A stretch of DNA of 64,000 nucleotides, from positions 256,001 through 320,000 of the forward strand of contig CAVQMO010000001.1 of assembly GCA_963713605.1 (NCBI GenBank), read 5' to 3'. Below are positions 21,759-32,268 of this stretch, piece after piece. The position numbers and the translations under genes were made by a program. The notes below the pieces were generated by a model, which was given only the letters and a program-made list of their open reading frames with translations, made no database searches and was not told where the DNA came from. The number at the start of each line of letters is the position of its first letter. The first letter of the stretch is position 1. This DNA comes from an uncultured Nitrososphaerales archaeon (GTDB taxonomy: Archaea > Thermoproteota > Nitrososphaeria > Nitrososphaerales > Nitrososphaeraceae).

Positions 21759-22104
21759 ATTAGGGGAAGGAGTTTCTATCCTAAACCACATTTCAGTGTA
21801 ATATGAATGCATGTCGTGGTCAGAAGCTCCTGATATCTGTTTCCGAGTCCCCACATCCTATCAGATAGATAGATTGACGTCTGACGGTAGTTTGATCTTT
21901 TGTTCGAAATAGCGGACCGCATTCAAAGGATTTAATGAGTCGATTCTAGCTTGGGAACAAGAAAATTGAACGTTCTCCTGTGACAAAAACTAACGACATC
22001 TCTCGAAGTGCACAAATCTTAGTCTATTTACAGTCCATATTTCACGAGCCATTTTGACTGCATCATTTCTGTGAGAGAATATCGGCGGAAATATAAGCAA
22101 TGAT

Positions 22105-23223
22105 CTAGAAAGAATTTATAACTACGCGTAAGCCCAAAAATCCTTCAGTAATTTCAAGCGCCTTGTATATTTCGTCGAGCTTACATCGATGAGTAATGAT
22201 CGAGGAAAGGTTAATCCCGTGCTTTTCAGCGGCAAGTTCAATTGATTCGTGAATCAATTTGGGCGTAGCGCTGAAACTTCCAATAAGAGCAATCTGATTA
22301 TAGTGAACCCAGTTTGGATCCAGTCGAGAACTCTGATGCCTCGGCATCCCTGCGAAGATATTGATAATAGAATTCTTTGAGGCGATTCCAGCAGCTACCT
22401 CGAACGCGTCAGGATTTGGAGTGGCAATTATCGATACATCTGCTCCTTTTCCTTCAGTTACGTCTAATACCTCTTTGATAGCAGAGGTCGGTGAGCTTTC
22501 ATTCTCTTCGAGCTCGATCACAAAATCGGCCCCCATCCGTCTTGCAGCTTCCAATCGATGATTTATTCGTCCGATAACTATCACCTTAGCACCATATAGA
22601 TCTTTTGCTAGCTGTAAGTGAATGAGCCCTATTGGTCCATCTCCAAGTATCACTAAAGTTTTATCTTCCAATCGACCATTAACGAAAGAGTTAATGCGCT
22701 TAAAGCCATTAAGGCAGCATGCGAGAGGCTCAATCAATGTCGATTCTTCATTGGTAAGAGAATTAGGGAGTGGAATGAGTCCTCCGATTTTCAGAGTATT
22801 GCTTGGAATGCGTACGAATTCGGCAAATCCTCCATCAATAGAAGATCCAATTTCTCCTAGGTTATTGCATAAATTGTATTGTCTGCTATCACAATACAGA
22901 CAATTTAAACAAGGTACAACAGGTGAAAGTACCACTCGTGTACCTTCAACTAGATCGAGTTGGGAAACATCCCCATCTGGATGAGAATGTGGTATTGAAG
23001 TAATGGGAGGTTCTACGAGTTCCCCACAAATCTCATGCCCGAGGACAACGGGTGCCCTGACTTTGACATGTCCATTTCTATAAACGTTCACATCATATCC
23101 GCAAACTGCACATGCATTCATCCTCAACAAAATCCCTCTCCGTTGATCATGACCGGAGGGATATCCATGATCCCTTTCTTCTAATGAAATATTATTTGGA
23201 GAGTAGAAAACCGCAGCACGCAT
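22105..23223 (-). CDS. zinc-dependent alcohol/polyol dehydrogenase (MDR family)
   Basis: CGYD, GHEICG, CLNCLYC..C, GDGPIG. Confidence 0.92.
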   Translation of the reverse strand: MRAAVFYSPNNISLEERDHGYPSGHDQRRGILLRMNACAVCGYDVNVYRNGHVKVRAPVVLGHEICGELVEPPITSIPHSHPDGDVSQLDLVEGTRVVLSPVVPCLNCLYCDSRQYNLCNNLGEIGSSIDGGFAEFVRIPSNTLKIGGLIPLPNSLTNEESTLIEPLACCLNGFKRINSFVNGRLEDKTLVILGDGPIGLIHLQLAKDLYGAKVIVIGRINHRLEAARRMGADFVIELEENESSPTSAIKEVLDVTEGKGADVSIIATPNPDAFEVAAGIASKNSIINIFAGMPRHQSSRLDPNWVHYNQIALIGSFSATPKLIHESIELAAEKHGINLSSIITHRCKLDEIYKALEITEGFLGLRVVINSF

Positions 23224-23285
23224 GTTGTAGATTTTGATGATGAACAAATCTGGTAATATAAAAGTTCGTGGTTATGGCGACATCA

Positions 23286-24317
23286 TTAGTCATAAGCTGA
23301 CGCATTCTGAACATTCCTCTTTGAGAGTGAAATATTACTGGGGTAAAGGTCAATGCCTACAAACCGTCTTTTCAACTTTTTACAAATAATGCCTGTAGTC
23401 CCTCTACCCAAGAACGGATCCAAAACCCAATCTCCTTCTTGTGTAGCAAATTTGACTATTCTCTCGACCAACTCTTCAGGAAAGATTGCAAAGTGTTCAT
23501 TTCCATGATGAGCCTTAGTTGCGATGTCCCACACATTTCCTGGATTTTTACCTTTCAAATTGCACACTGCAAATATAGGATAATGCTTGTGATCTCCAAT
23601 CCTGTTCCTCGTGGCATGACGTTTAAACTTTCGATAGCATGTAGGACAATATTTCTCGGGATCGTAGCCGTATGCTCTTGCTATTTCACTTGTAGACGGC
23701 AATAATTCTGTGTTCGGAGTAGAGCTCCATTTTGTTATTCTTTCCATTATACGGGCAATCTTTTTTTTGTCGGGTCTATCTGGACCAAATTGTAACATAT
23801 TTAGGGGCGGTTCTTTATTTCGTCCTTCCTTTGCTTCGTTGCCCTTGGTTCTTATCAAATCCATATTGGTAAAACAATTAGCACGTTTGGAGAGGAAAAG
23901 AACATATTCATAAGCCTGAGAGAAGTTAATTTGGGAACCTGAAGCTATGTAGTTTCTCTTGTACCAAATAATGTCCTCCCGAAGAATGTAACCTTCTTTG
24001 ACTAAACCCGCAGTGAGACGCTGAGGGATCAAGAGCTTGCCATAATTTCGTCTACTGTCACCGATAACAATCCACAAACTTCCATCATCTCGTAAAAGCA
24101 TTCTGCATTTTGCAAATAACATGATAAGCCGTTCAACAAAAGCGCAAGCGGATGATTCTCGACCTAGCTCCCTAATGTCATCGCCATATTTTCGGTGCTT
24201 GTAGTAGGGAGGCGAGGTGACTATAAGCCTATATTTTTTTCTTTGCTCCGGTAATAGTGAAAGGCTCTCGATAATAGTCTCCGCATCTCCTTCAATGAAG
24301 TAGGGATACCGCTCCAT
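23286..24317 (-). CDS. site-specific DNA methyltransferase (N4-C/N6-A, beta class)
   Basis: TSPPY motif IV N-terminal; HFAIFP and DPFLGRGTT motif I C-terminal. Confidence 0.92.
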   Translation of the reverse strand: MERYPYFIEGDAETIIESLSLLPEQRKKYRLIVTSPPYYKHRKYGDDIRELGRESSACAFVERLIMLFAKCRMLLRDDGSLWIVIGDSRRNYGKLLIPQRLTAGLVKEGYILREDIIWYKRNYIASGSQINFSQAYEYVLFLSKRANCFTNMDLIRTKGNEAKEGRNKEPPLNMLQFGPDRPDKKKIARIMERITKWSSTPNTELLPSTSEIARAYGYDPEKYCPTCYRKFKRHATRNRIGDHKHYPIFAVCNLKGKNPGNVWDIATKAHHGNEHFAIFPEELVERIVKFATQEGDWVLDPFLGRGTTGIICKKLKRRFVGIDLYPSNISLSKRNVQNASAYD

Positions 24318-24698
24318 CAGAGTTTCTATTGATTTGCCTAGAAAATCAAGTTATCCATTCCTATTGAATTTGAAGCATTGAGATGCATGGATTTGTGTTG
24401 CTATATTCTGGAAGAGGGTTTGTAGTCTGTAGCATCAACTAGAGACGCGGCAATAGTTGGGCGTCGTGCGGGGACCTACTTCGTAAAAAACTCGAGAGAG
24501 GCATCTTCTTCGTAGCACGGCTCGTAAAAGAAAAGAGCATTAAGAAATAGCCGTAAGTATCTCAATATCCAGGACCTCTAATACCAGACAGAGAACTGCA
24601 GTTAGAATAAGTTGCCTGACAAGGATGTTGACCTTTTTTTCGTGGTGTTGATTTTTGAGATAAATAAAGATATATTATCTCATCTCTGATGCATTTTT

Positions 24699-24824
24699 AG
24701 CGGGGTGGGGAAGCCAGATTCTCCAAGGAGAAGGTTAGGTTATCCCGGCGGGCTCATAACCCGCAGAGCGGTTACTTGTTACGTTCACACGTACATGCCG
24801 TAAGTTCAAATCAACCCCCCGCTA
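24699..24824 (+). tRNA. initiator tRNA-Met (CAT) with two non-canonical introns (~24716-24736, D-loop; ~24774-24803, T-stem)
   Basis: AGCGGGG/CCCCGCT-A acceptor with A1-U72, GCGGG-CTCATAA-CCCGC arm; removing 21+30 nt gives a 75-nt cloverleaf with T-arm GGTTG-TTCAAAT-CAACC. Confidence 0.92.
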
Positions 24825-24898
24825 TAATGTGTTAGCAATATTGAAATTGACATATTTTGGGCTGGACTTGTAGTTCTTTCTCAGACTCCACCAGGTAC

Positions 24899-26266
24899 CT
24901 AGGGTTTAGAGAACCATGTCGGCCACAAATTCATTTCCAAGCTACTTTTCAGATTCTTCTCCATTCCGTAGCGATGAATAGGTTTAGTTAAATGCCTGTG
25001 AGCTCTTGGAGCAGGAACAAAGAGCTTAGTCTCTATCATTCGAGGTTTTGGAATCAAAATCTTTTTAGCTCCTCTATTGCGAAAACCGCATTTTCGACAT
25101 TGAAATCCTTTCTTAGCTCCCTCAGATTTCATCCGCTTATTGCAGGCTATGCAAAGGGGGTTGACAGTTTCGAAGATTTCCTTCGTCTCTAACACTTGCA
25201 AATATTCTACATTTAACGTTTTAAGATGCTTTGAACTGGGCTTCCTGACACCAAACCCTATCTTTATGACATCCCCAACATCCAGTTTGGATGCGATATT
25301 TACCATATCTGTCGGTTCGTAGACTGCAGCATTAACAACCGCGCCAATGGAATCCCTAACGCTAAACATTGCATGGCCACCTTCAATTACCGAAGGCCTT
25401 GAATCGACTATGCATTGGCTGAAACCGGCTGTGTAGCATTTAATGTCTGTGAATCCAATCTCATTTTGAAGATGTAGATTCGTACCTTGATTTGTTCTAA
25501 ACACCATGTAACCTTCAAGTTTCTCAAGAATCTGTAGTTTTCTGAGTGCCGAGCATACTATCTCTGCACTTTCACCTCTTATTCCACAGAAAACAGGGTC
25601 TGGGCCATGAGGAAGAATTAGAACCCTATGGTGTGCCTTATCGTAGTTATTGAAGGTGTAAGGAAATGTTTCTTCATCACATAAAACTACCTGTGTACTA
25701 TCAAGTTTTCTCACTGTTCCACATTTTTCATGTTTTCTATAGGCCACAGCTTCGAAAGTGTGGTCTTCTTGTAGAAGTGTACCAATAGCCGCTATAGAGC
25801 CAACCAGCCCTTGTCCATTTCCGTCTATAAAAAAACGAATCTGATGATGTGTAGCTAAGTCTTCTGCCGCCTTCCTGCTAACTACGTCGTATAACGCTTT
25901 ACGAGCAAAAGATTGAATATTGTATGGTATTGTGTCCCCACAGTAGACAGCTATTCCCGGATTAGCACCAGTTGCTACTAAGTTTTCCTTGTGAATTAAA
26001 TCCATTATCCTGTCCAAAAGATCTTCATGATATGAAGTTCTGAATCTCAGGCATACAGCCCCATTGCCTCTAGTCTTCCAAGGAATGTTTGGATTCAACC
26101 TGATAAGTAGAGGATAGTCAACAAATTCAGTAGTCTTGTTATTCAGCAGGTGGTCAATAATCCTATAAGCAGCATGGGTAGTGCACTTGCCTTGCGTTGA
26201 ATCTGTGTCGTCTAGCCCGACATGTACTATAGGCGACTTTATAGAAGATTTGGTGGAAACCTGCAT
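24899..26266 (-). CDS. tiaS: tRNA(Ile2) agmatinylcytidine synthase
   Basis: GLDDTDS, LIRLNPNIPWKTRGNGAV, PHGPDPVFCGIRG, TNQGT, Zn ribbon, RHLTKP. Confidence 0.95.
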   Translation of the reverse strand: MQVSTKSSIKSPIVHVGLDDTDSTQGKCTTHAAYRIIDHLLNNKTTEFVDYPLLIRLNPNIPWKTRGNGAVCLRFRTSYHEDLLDRIMDLIHKENLVATGANPGIAVYCGDTIPYNIQSFARKALYDVVSRKAAEDLATHHQIRFFIDGNGQGLVGSIAAIGTLLQEDHTFEAVAYRKHEKCGTVRKLDSTQVVLCDEETFPYTFNNYDKAHHRVLILPHGPDPVFCGIRGESAEIVCSALRKLQILEKLEGYMVFRTNQGTNLHLQNEIGFTDIKCYTAGFSQCIVDSRPSVIEGGHAMFSVRDSIGAVVNAAVYEPTDMVNIASKLDVGDVIKIGFGVRKPSSKHLKTLNVEYLQVLETKEIFETVNPLCIACNKRMKSEGAKKGFQCRKCGFRNRGAKKILIPKPRMIETKLFVPAPRAHRHLTKPIHRYGMEKNLKSSLEMNLWPTWFSKP

Positions 26267-26573
26267 TTTTTATATACCCAGGGAGTTATACTTGATTCAT
26301 TATATTGCGATTTATATCTACTTCTGATTGTTGTGAATGGGATCAACAGGAACACTGAATTTGTACTCGATATTTCACGGAGAAATTTTTGTAATAAAAA
26401 CAAATTCTCTCGCCACTTGTGCTAAAATCAGTATTTAGTAGCCATATTGTAATAATTCTCATAACAAAGTTGGTATTCGGACTAACATTTTCTATAAGTA
26501 ACAAAGTTCAGTATTACTAAACTTATTGTTAGAGATCCTTATTTATACCACTAATCGATATAGTTTGATTCTT

Positions 26574-27800
26574 ATGGGTACTGTAAGATGTCTTAAGTGT
26601 AGGGAATGTAACAGGGAATATGAGCCAGATTTTAGATATATCTGCGAAGATTGTTTTGGTCCTATAGATGTTGAATATGAGACCACTTCTGCCCTAACAA
26701 GGGAGTTATTTTCAAAAAGGCAGGAAAAGTCGTATTGGCGATATTTTGAACTCTTGCCCATTGCAAACAAAAATAATATTATTAGTCTAGGTGCAGGATT
26801 CACTCCGCTCCAACTAGCAGATAGACTAGGAGAGCAGATTGGGGGCTTGAAGAATATATTCATAAAGAATGATTCTGTCAATCCTACATATTCATTCAAA
26901 GATAGACCGGCTGGCGTTGCAGTATCTAAAGCGAAAGAAATTCGGTTAAGAGCAGTCGGTTGTGCATCTACTGGGAATCTAGCTTCTGCGACAGCCGCAC
27001 ATGCTGCCAAGGCTAAATTGCCATGCTTTATTTTTGCACCCTCTGATATCGAGACAGTAAAAATCTCTCAAGCATTGTCATATGGTGCAGAATTTGTTGC
27101 AGTAGACGGTACCTATGATGACGCCAACAGAGTTGCATCTGTAATTGGTGATTCCAAAGGTATTGGGATAGTCAATATCAATATGCGACCATATTATGTT
27201 GAAGGTTCCAAGACACTCGCCTTCGAGGTTGCAGAACAATTAGGCTGGCAAGTCCCAGATACTCTTGTAATCCCGGTAGGTAGTGGGGCTATGCTCAACG
27301 CAGTTTGTAAGGGATTTGAGGAACTAGAAAACTTAGGGCTGGTGGATAATGTGTCAAAGATGAAAATTATTGCAGCTCAACCACATGGTTGTGCACCAAT
27401 AGTCGACGCTTTTAAAAACAAGAGCAATGAAGTCAGGCCAATAGAAAAGCCTGAAACAATAGCAAAAAGTCTGGCGATCGGCGATCCTGGCGATGGACTG
27501 TATGTACTTAGACGTCTTGCTCAGTATAATGGTATTGCAGAGGAAGTCACAGACGAAGAGATTGTGGATGGTATTCTGGCTCTTGCAAGGACCGAGGGAA
27601 TCTTTACAGAACCGGCTGGAGGAGTATCTGTAGCAGCGCTTAAGAAGTTGGTTCAGGATGGCAGAATTGATAAGGACGAAAATATTGTGTGTTATGTTAC
27701 AGGCAATGGACTTAAAGCGACCGAAGCAATTGTGGACGTACTTCCAAAACTAGATGCTGTAAAGCCCGATATACAGGTAGTATCGGCGCTGATTAGATGA
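26574..27800 (+). CDS. thrC: threonine synthase family PLP enzyme
   Basis: N-terminal CxxC..CxxC, NPTYSFKDR, ASTGN, EGSKT, TGNGLK. Confidence 0.88.
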   Translation: MGTVRCLKCRECNREYEPDFRYICEDCFGPIDVEYETTSALTRELFSKRQEKSYWRYFELLPIANKNNIISLGAGFTPLQLADRLGEQIGGLKNIFIKNDSVNPTYSFKDRPAGVAVSKAKEIRLRAVGCASTGNLASATAAHAAKAKLPCFIFAPSDIETVKISQALSYGAEFVAVDGTYDDANRVASVIGDSKGIGIVNINMRPYYVEGSKTLAFEVAEQLGWQVPDTLVIPVGSGAMLNAVCKGFEELENLGLVDNVSKMKIIAAQPHGCAPIVDAFKNKSNEVRPIEKPETIAKSLAIGDPGDGLYVLRRLAQYNGIAEEVTDEEIVDGILALARTEGIFTEPAGGVSVAALKKLVQDGRIDKDENIVCYVTGNGLKATEAIVDVLPKLDAVKPDIQVVSALIR

Positions 27801-27828
27801 ACCAGAGATAGGAGCAGACACAGAGATT

Positions 27829-29215
27829 ATGGTTCAGATAGAATTTGTAATTCCGTCAGTCCTAAACAAAGGTGGAGGAGAGCGTAAATTACCCATTGAA
27901 GCTGAAAGTTTGAGTGACGCCTTTCAAAAAGCGTCAGAGACAATGGGCGAGGATTTCAAGAGAAGAGTATTTGATCTTGATGGTAAACCAAGATCATTGA
28001 TCAATATCTACCTAAACGGGAAAAATATAAGATTTAGTAGCGATGGCATGGCCACTGCACTGAACAAAGATGACACTATCTACATACTTCCTGCAGTTGC
28101 AGGAGGAGGAGAACAAGGAGGAGATGAACAGCTTTCTGGGAAGGATATGCAGCGATATTCACGGCAGATCATGCTCGAAGAAATCGGTTTCAATGGGATG
28201 GAAAAACTAAGGAAGGCTACTGTGTGCGTAGTTGGAGTCGGGGGAATAGGCAATCCTGTCACAACTATGCTCATTGCTATGGGTGTGGGTAAACTAAGAA
28301 TAGTAGACAGAGATGTTATCGAAGTTTCTAATCTTCACAGACAGCATTTGTATAACGAGGACGATATCGGTAAAGTTAAGGTGGAAGTAGCTGCTGAGCG
28401 CTTGCAGAAATTAAATCTAAACGCCAAAATTGAGGCAATACCGATCTCTGTTACCAGATATAACGCAGAAAGCATAGTAGAGGGGGCAGACATAGTTATT
28501 GATGCGCTTGACAGCGTGGAGCCAAGATATGCATTGAATGATGCTTGTATAAAGCAAAAGGTACCGTTCATTTATGCTGGAGCTTTGGGGATGCTTGGTT
28601 CGGTGTGTACAGATTCTTCCCGGCGAATCAGCATGCCTGCGGTGTATGTTCCCTGAATTAGAGGAGGAAGACATGCCTACTTGCAGTACAGAAGGTGTTC
28701 ATCCGTCGATACTTTACTTAGTTGCAGGAACGCAGGTGTCAGAAGCCGTTAAAATAATCACCGGTCAAAGGCCATCGTTGGTTGATAAGCTGCTATATAT
28801 AGATCTGAACGATTTGACGATGGAGAAGGTACAAATGTTAAGACAAGAAGCTTGTCCATCTTGTGGCCCCGCTGCTAATATCTCAAAGCCTCCCACGGCT
28901 AAGGTAGTTGCAGGAGAACAGTTATTTGTAGAGGAACTTTGTGGGCGAGATAGGGGTAAGAGAACTTATACAGTAGCACCGTTTGGACTCTCTTCCATAA
29001 GTCTCTCCATGATAATAAAAAATGCCGAGCATCTTGGGTATGATGTGACATCCCGTGGAAATTTAGGAATAACCGCCTCAGGCAGTGGGGTCGAGGGGAA
29101 GGTATCAATCAGTATCCTTACCAGTGGAGCAGCTACCATTGTGGGAGCAACTAACGAAACAGATGCACTCAATATCTACAGGACTTTTGTGGATGGAACG
29201 ATCGCAAGAAATTGA
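27829..29215 (+). CDS. MoaD/ThiS ubiquitin-like domain fused to a ThiF/MoeB (E1-like) adenylyltransferase; apparent frameshift near 28610
   Basis: beta-grasp ending YILPAVAGG, then RYSRQ, GVGGIG, SNLHRQ; second frame ACLRC, PTCSTEGV, CPSC, EELCGRD. Confidence 0.9.
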
Positions 29216-29361
29216 CGCTCGATGTGTAATCAATTTTTGAAAATAGTTGTCCACAAAAGTTCATAACTGTCAGAATCATTTTCTACGCGAGTTCCCAGTT
29301 ACACATTATTCTTACTGTTAGGACAGAAATAGTCACTCTAAGTTGTAACATGCGATACGAA

Positions 29362-30936
29362 CTAAAGTTTGAGTCTTTCTAACACCCTTCTACCTTCTTC
29401 ATCTGACAAAGGAGCACTTAGCTCCTCAGTTCGTAATACATATTCCTGTCTTTCCTTTTCATCAGTTTCGTACCTCAAAATTAATTCTCCCTTTACTGGG
29501 CTCTTATTAGAAATCCCTTGGATCAAAAACGAAAATCCGACTGCAACAAGTTCGAGAAAAGACATTACAATGTCTTCGTAATATAGTAGCGCCTTGTTTG
29601 ACTCATTTGAGCTCATTATAGCTTCCTTATCACCTACCCTGATCGAATCTAGCTTCATGTGAGGTGACACAGCAGAGGTATTCGAGATGTCATTTATTCT
29701 ATCTGCTAATATTTTTCCCATCATTACAATTTTGAGGTTGTCTGTCCCTTCTTGAAATTCTTTCTGAGTAAGGTCTATCTTCCTTCGTTCACCCTTGTCA
29801 AGGTAATCAATCCTTGGCACTCTGCCTTCCGATACGAGTCCCTTATAGTACTCTATCGTAGTAGTACTACTATTACTATTAGCGCTTTTTTCTTCCAGTA
29901 TTAAGTCAGGCAAATTATATTCTAGCTCCACTGATTTTTCGTCACACTTTGCAGGGTCTCCTGAGAGCTTAACAACTAACGTCTTGCCAATATGGATTTT
30001 GATATACGTAATGTATAGACTACTCGCGTTGACAAACTCGACCTCTCTCTCAGATAAGTCTTGAGGGTCTGCTTGGCTTGATCCAAGCCCGAAAGACCGT
30101 CGTAGTTTTTCTGATATTGATTTCTTGAATCCGATTGGGATCAACAGATCGTCTATTCCTAGATCAGATATTTTTCTTCGATGTTTCCAAAACTCAGAAA
30201 ACTTAGAGTCAATAGTGAAATGGTACGAAAATGTGGATGCAAGCGGGCTCTCGAGTCCGTCAATTTTAGCACCGGCAGAACTAGATGAATCAGTGTTGGT
30301 GACGCCGATGATCTCATTTGTAGAAGTAATTGTATATGAATAAGGATCCCTATCTATTTTTGCCGTCAGTACCTTGTTTCGCCTTTCGAGGATAGTACCT
30401 GGCAAGTTAAATTCGTCCTTCGATAGCCAAAGCTGAAGTAAAGTAATAGCATTATTATACGAACCAATGATCCTCTCCTGTATTTCTTCTCTGTATTCAT
30501 TGGAGTACTTTGTAAATTGCTTTTCAATATCCCCTATTGAGTTTATTAGAGGAGCCCTCATGCGAAAGAAAGAAGATTCAGTTTCTTTCTTAATGTCGGA
30601 GGAGCTCACGATTTTCTCGTGATATTTGGTATGAAATGCGTCTAACGACGATTCTACTGAAATTTGCAAATTCCCGATCTTTCTTATAATCTCGTCTTGA
30701 AAAATATCAACATTCTCCAAAACGAATCGAAGGGTGCCTACATTTTTATGAATTTCAATTATATTTGCAGAAGTAGATACGAAATCCTTCAATACATAGA
30801 TAATATTCTTGTTCTCTTCAAATGGCGTATAATCTCCGTACAAGTACCGTCCCTTGTTCTCTTCTTTAGTATAATTAGTAAGCAAGTTTGATTGGGCGTC
30901 ATTTTTCGTATCCATGGGATTATACTCTACTATCAT
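29362..30936 (-). CDS. large hypothetical protein with N-terminal coiled-coil-like region
   Basis: uninterrupted 524 aa ORF; no recognised catalytic motif. Confidence 0.85.
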   Translation of the reverse strand: MIVEYNPMDTKNDAQSNLLTNYTKEENKGRYLYGDYTPFEENKNIIYVLKDFVSTSANIIEIHKNVGTLRFVLENVDIFQDEIIRKIGNLQISVESSLDAFHTKYHEKIVSSSDIKKETESSFFRMRAPLINSIGDIEKQFTKYSNEYREEIQERIIGSYNNAITLLQLWLSKDEFNLPGTILERRNKVLTAKIDRDPYSYTITSTNEIIGVTNTDSSSSAGAKIDGLESPLASTFSYHFTIDSKFSEFWKHRRKISDLGIDDLLIPIGFKKSISEKLRRSFGLGSSQADPQDLSEREVEFVNASSLYITYIKIHIGKTLVVKLSGDPAKCDEKSVELEYNLPDLILEEKSANSNSSTTTIEYYKGLVSEGRVPRIDYLDKGERRKIDLTQKEFQEGTDNLKIVMMGKILADRINDISNTSAVSPHMKLDSIRVGDKEAIMSSNESNKALLYYEDIVMSFLELVAVGFSFLIQGISNKSPVKGELILRYETDEKERQEYVLRTEELSAPLSDEEGRRVLERLKL

Positions 30937-31116
30937 CTGGTATATGAATTACAATATAAAGGATTGAGACTTCATCTAGGCTCCCACTTGCCGCTTCGAG
31001 TTTTTAAGGATTCGCGTAATATAGAATAGGACAGGCCTTGGACACCACAAGTAAGTGCTACCTGAATACTCTTACAGCGTTCAAGATTATGTGATATTTT
31101 CTCTTAGGCCAGATCC

Positions 31117-32016
31117 TTACCACCTTCTTCCAGCGATATGTCTACTGTAATAGTATAGATATTGTTGGGCATAGCCAGCGTATGTACCGAAATGCATCCT
31201 CATGCGATTAGACAGATATCGATATTGCTGATGACTAAGATGATGTTTTTGTTGGCCGTTTATTCCCCTTTTTTTCTCACCAACGGGAAGTTCATAATTA
31301 TGAGATATTATTCTCGCTATCCATGTGTCTATGGGAAATGCTTCCAATTTCTCAAGTGAAAATAAGAGTATGCAATCTGCAGTCTTGTCTCCTATTCCGT
31401 GGATGCCTATCAGAGCCCGTTTTGCGTCTTCATAGCTCATTCGGGTAAGCTCCTCAGGAACAATCTCTCTATAATATATTTTAGTTGCAAGCATTTTGAT
31501 CGATTTAGCTCTATAACCTGTACCACAGGTAACTAATTCTGATATGTTCGCTTCATGGAGATCTCTTGGTTTTGGAAAAGTAAAAAATTGGTCCCCATTC
31601 ACGGTCATTTTTTTTCCAAATTGCCTACATAAATTAAAAAGTACTTTGCGAATTCGCTGAATATTAATATTACTAGCACACAGGAACGAAAACATACATT
31701 GAATAGGGTCCTGTCTCATTACTCGAAGGCCTCGAAATCTCATTATAGAATTACGCACGAGTGGGTCAAATGAAATGGTATTGAGTATTTTGTCAATGTC
31801 GTCATCCATTCTAAACAACTTCTTTTCCCATCCGCGATCCTCAGGAAACGATTCATATTTTATACGGCTGTTATCCTGATCATTATGTTGATCTTCAAAT
31901 GATAGTTTCAACACGTGATTGGTGTGAATTCCATACCATGCATCTCTTTTCTTTTGCCATAAGAACATCTGTCCACTATTGATTGTCAACTCCGGATTAA
32001 AATAATCTATGGACAT
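31117..32016 (-). CDS. 8-oxoguanine DNA glycosylase (OGG1-like HhH-GPD)
   Basis: TINSGQMF, GLRVMRQDP, GTGYRAK, GIGDKTADCILLF, FPIDTW, AGYAQQYLY. Confidence 0.92.
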   Translation of the reverse strand: MSIDYFNPELTINSGQMFLWQKKRDAWYGIHTNHVLKLSFEDQHNDQDNSRIKYESFPEDRGWEKKLFRMDDDIDKILNTISFDPLVRNSIMRFRGLRVMRQDPIQCMFSFLCASNINIQRIRKVLFNLCRQFGKKMTVNGDQFFTFPKPRDLHEANISELVTCGTGYRAKSIKMLATKIYYREIVPEELTRMSYEDAKRALIGIHGIGDKTADCILLFSLEKLEAFPIDTWIARIISHNYELPVGEKKRGINGQQKHHLSHQQYRYLSNRMRMHFGTYAGYAQQYLYYYSRHIAGRRW

Positions 32017-32064
32017 TTGACTCTACTTTCCAAACATGGATAAACCTAAGTGTTGCATGTGATT

Positions 32065-32268
32065 TTAGTTATTCTTCAATTCTTCCTTTATTTTTCGTAA
32101 ATCCTGTTGGAGATTTTGGATTAGTTTAGGAATTTCTCTATCAGCGCAGCCGAGACAAACATGCTGAAGCGATAGCGACATAGTAAAATATTTGGCATTT
32201 AGTGGAATTACGTTTTTGCAAGAAACGCACTTCTTTAACTTGTATGGATCAGTGTTCTTTGTGATCAT
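32065..32268 (-). CDS. small zinc-finger-like protein
   Basis: CVSC...HVCLGC followed by a helical tail. Confidence 0.75.
   Translation of the reverse strand: MITKNTDPYKLKKCVSCKNVIPLNAKYFTMSLSLQHVCLGCADREIPKLIQNLQQDLRKIKEELKNN

Noticed and set aside
24699..26266. CAT-anticodon tRNA beside tiaS being its tRNA-Ile2 substrate
   Set aside because: A1-U72 and the consecutive G-C pairs in the anticodon stem identify an initiator Met tRNA.
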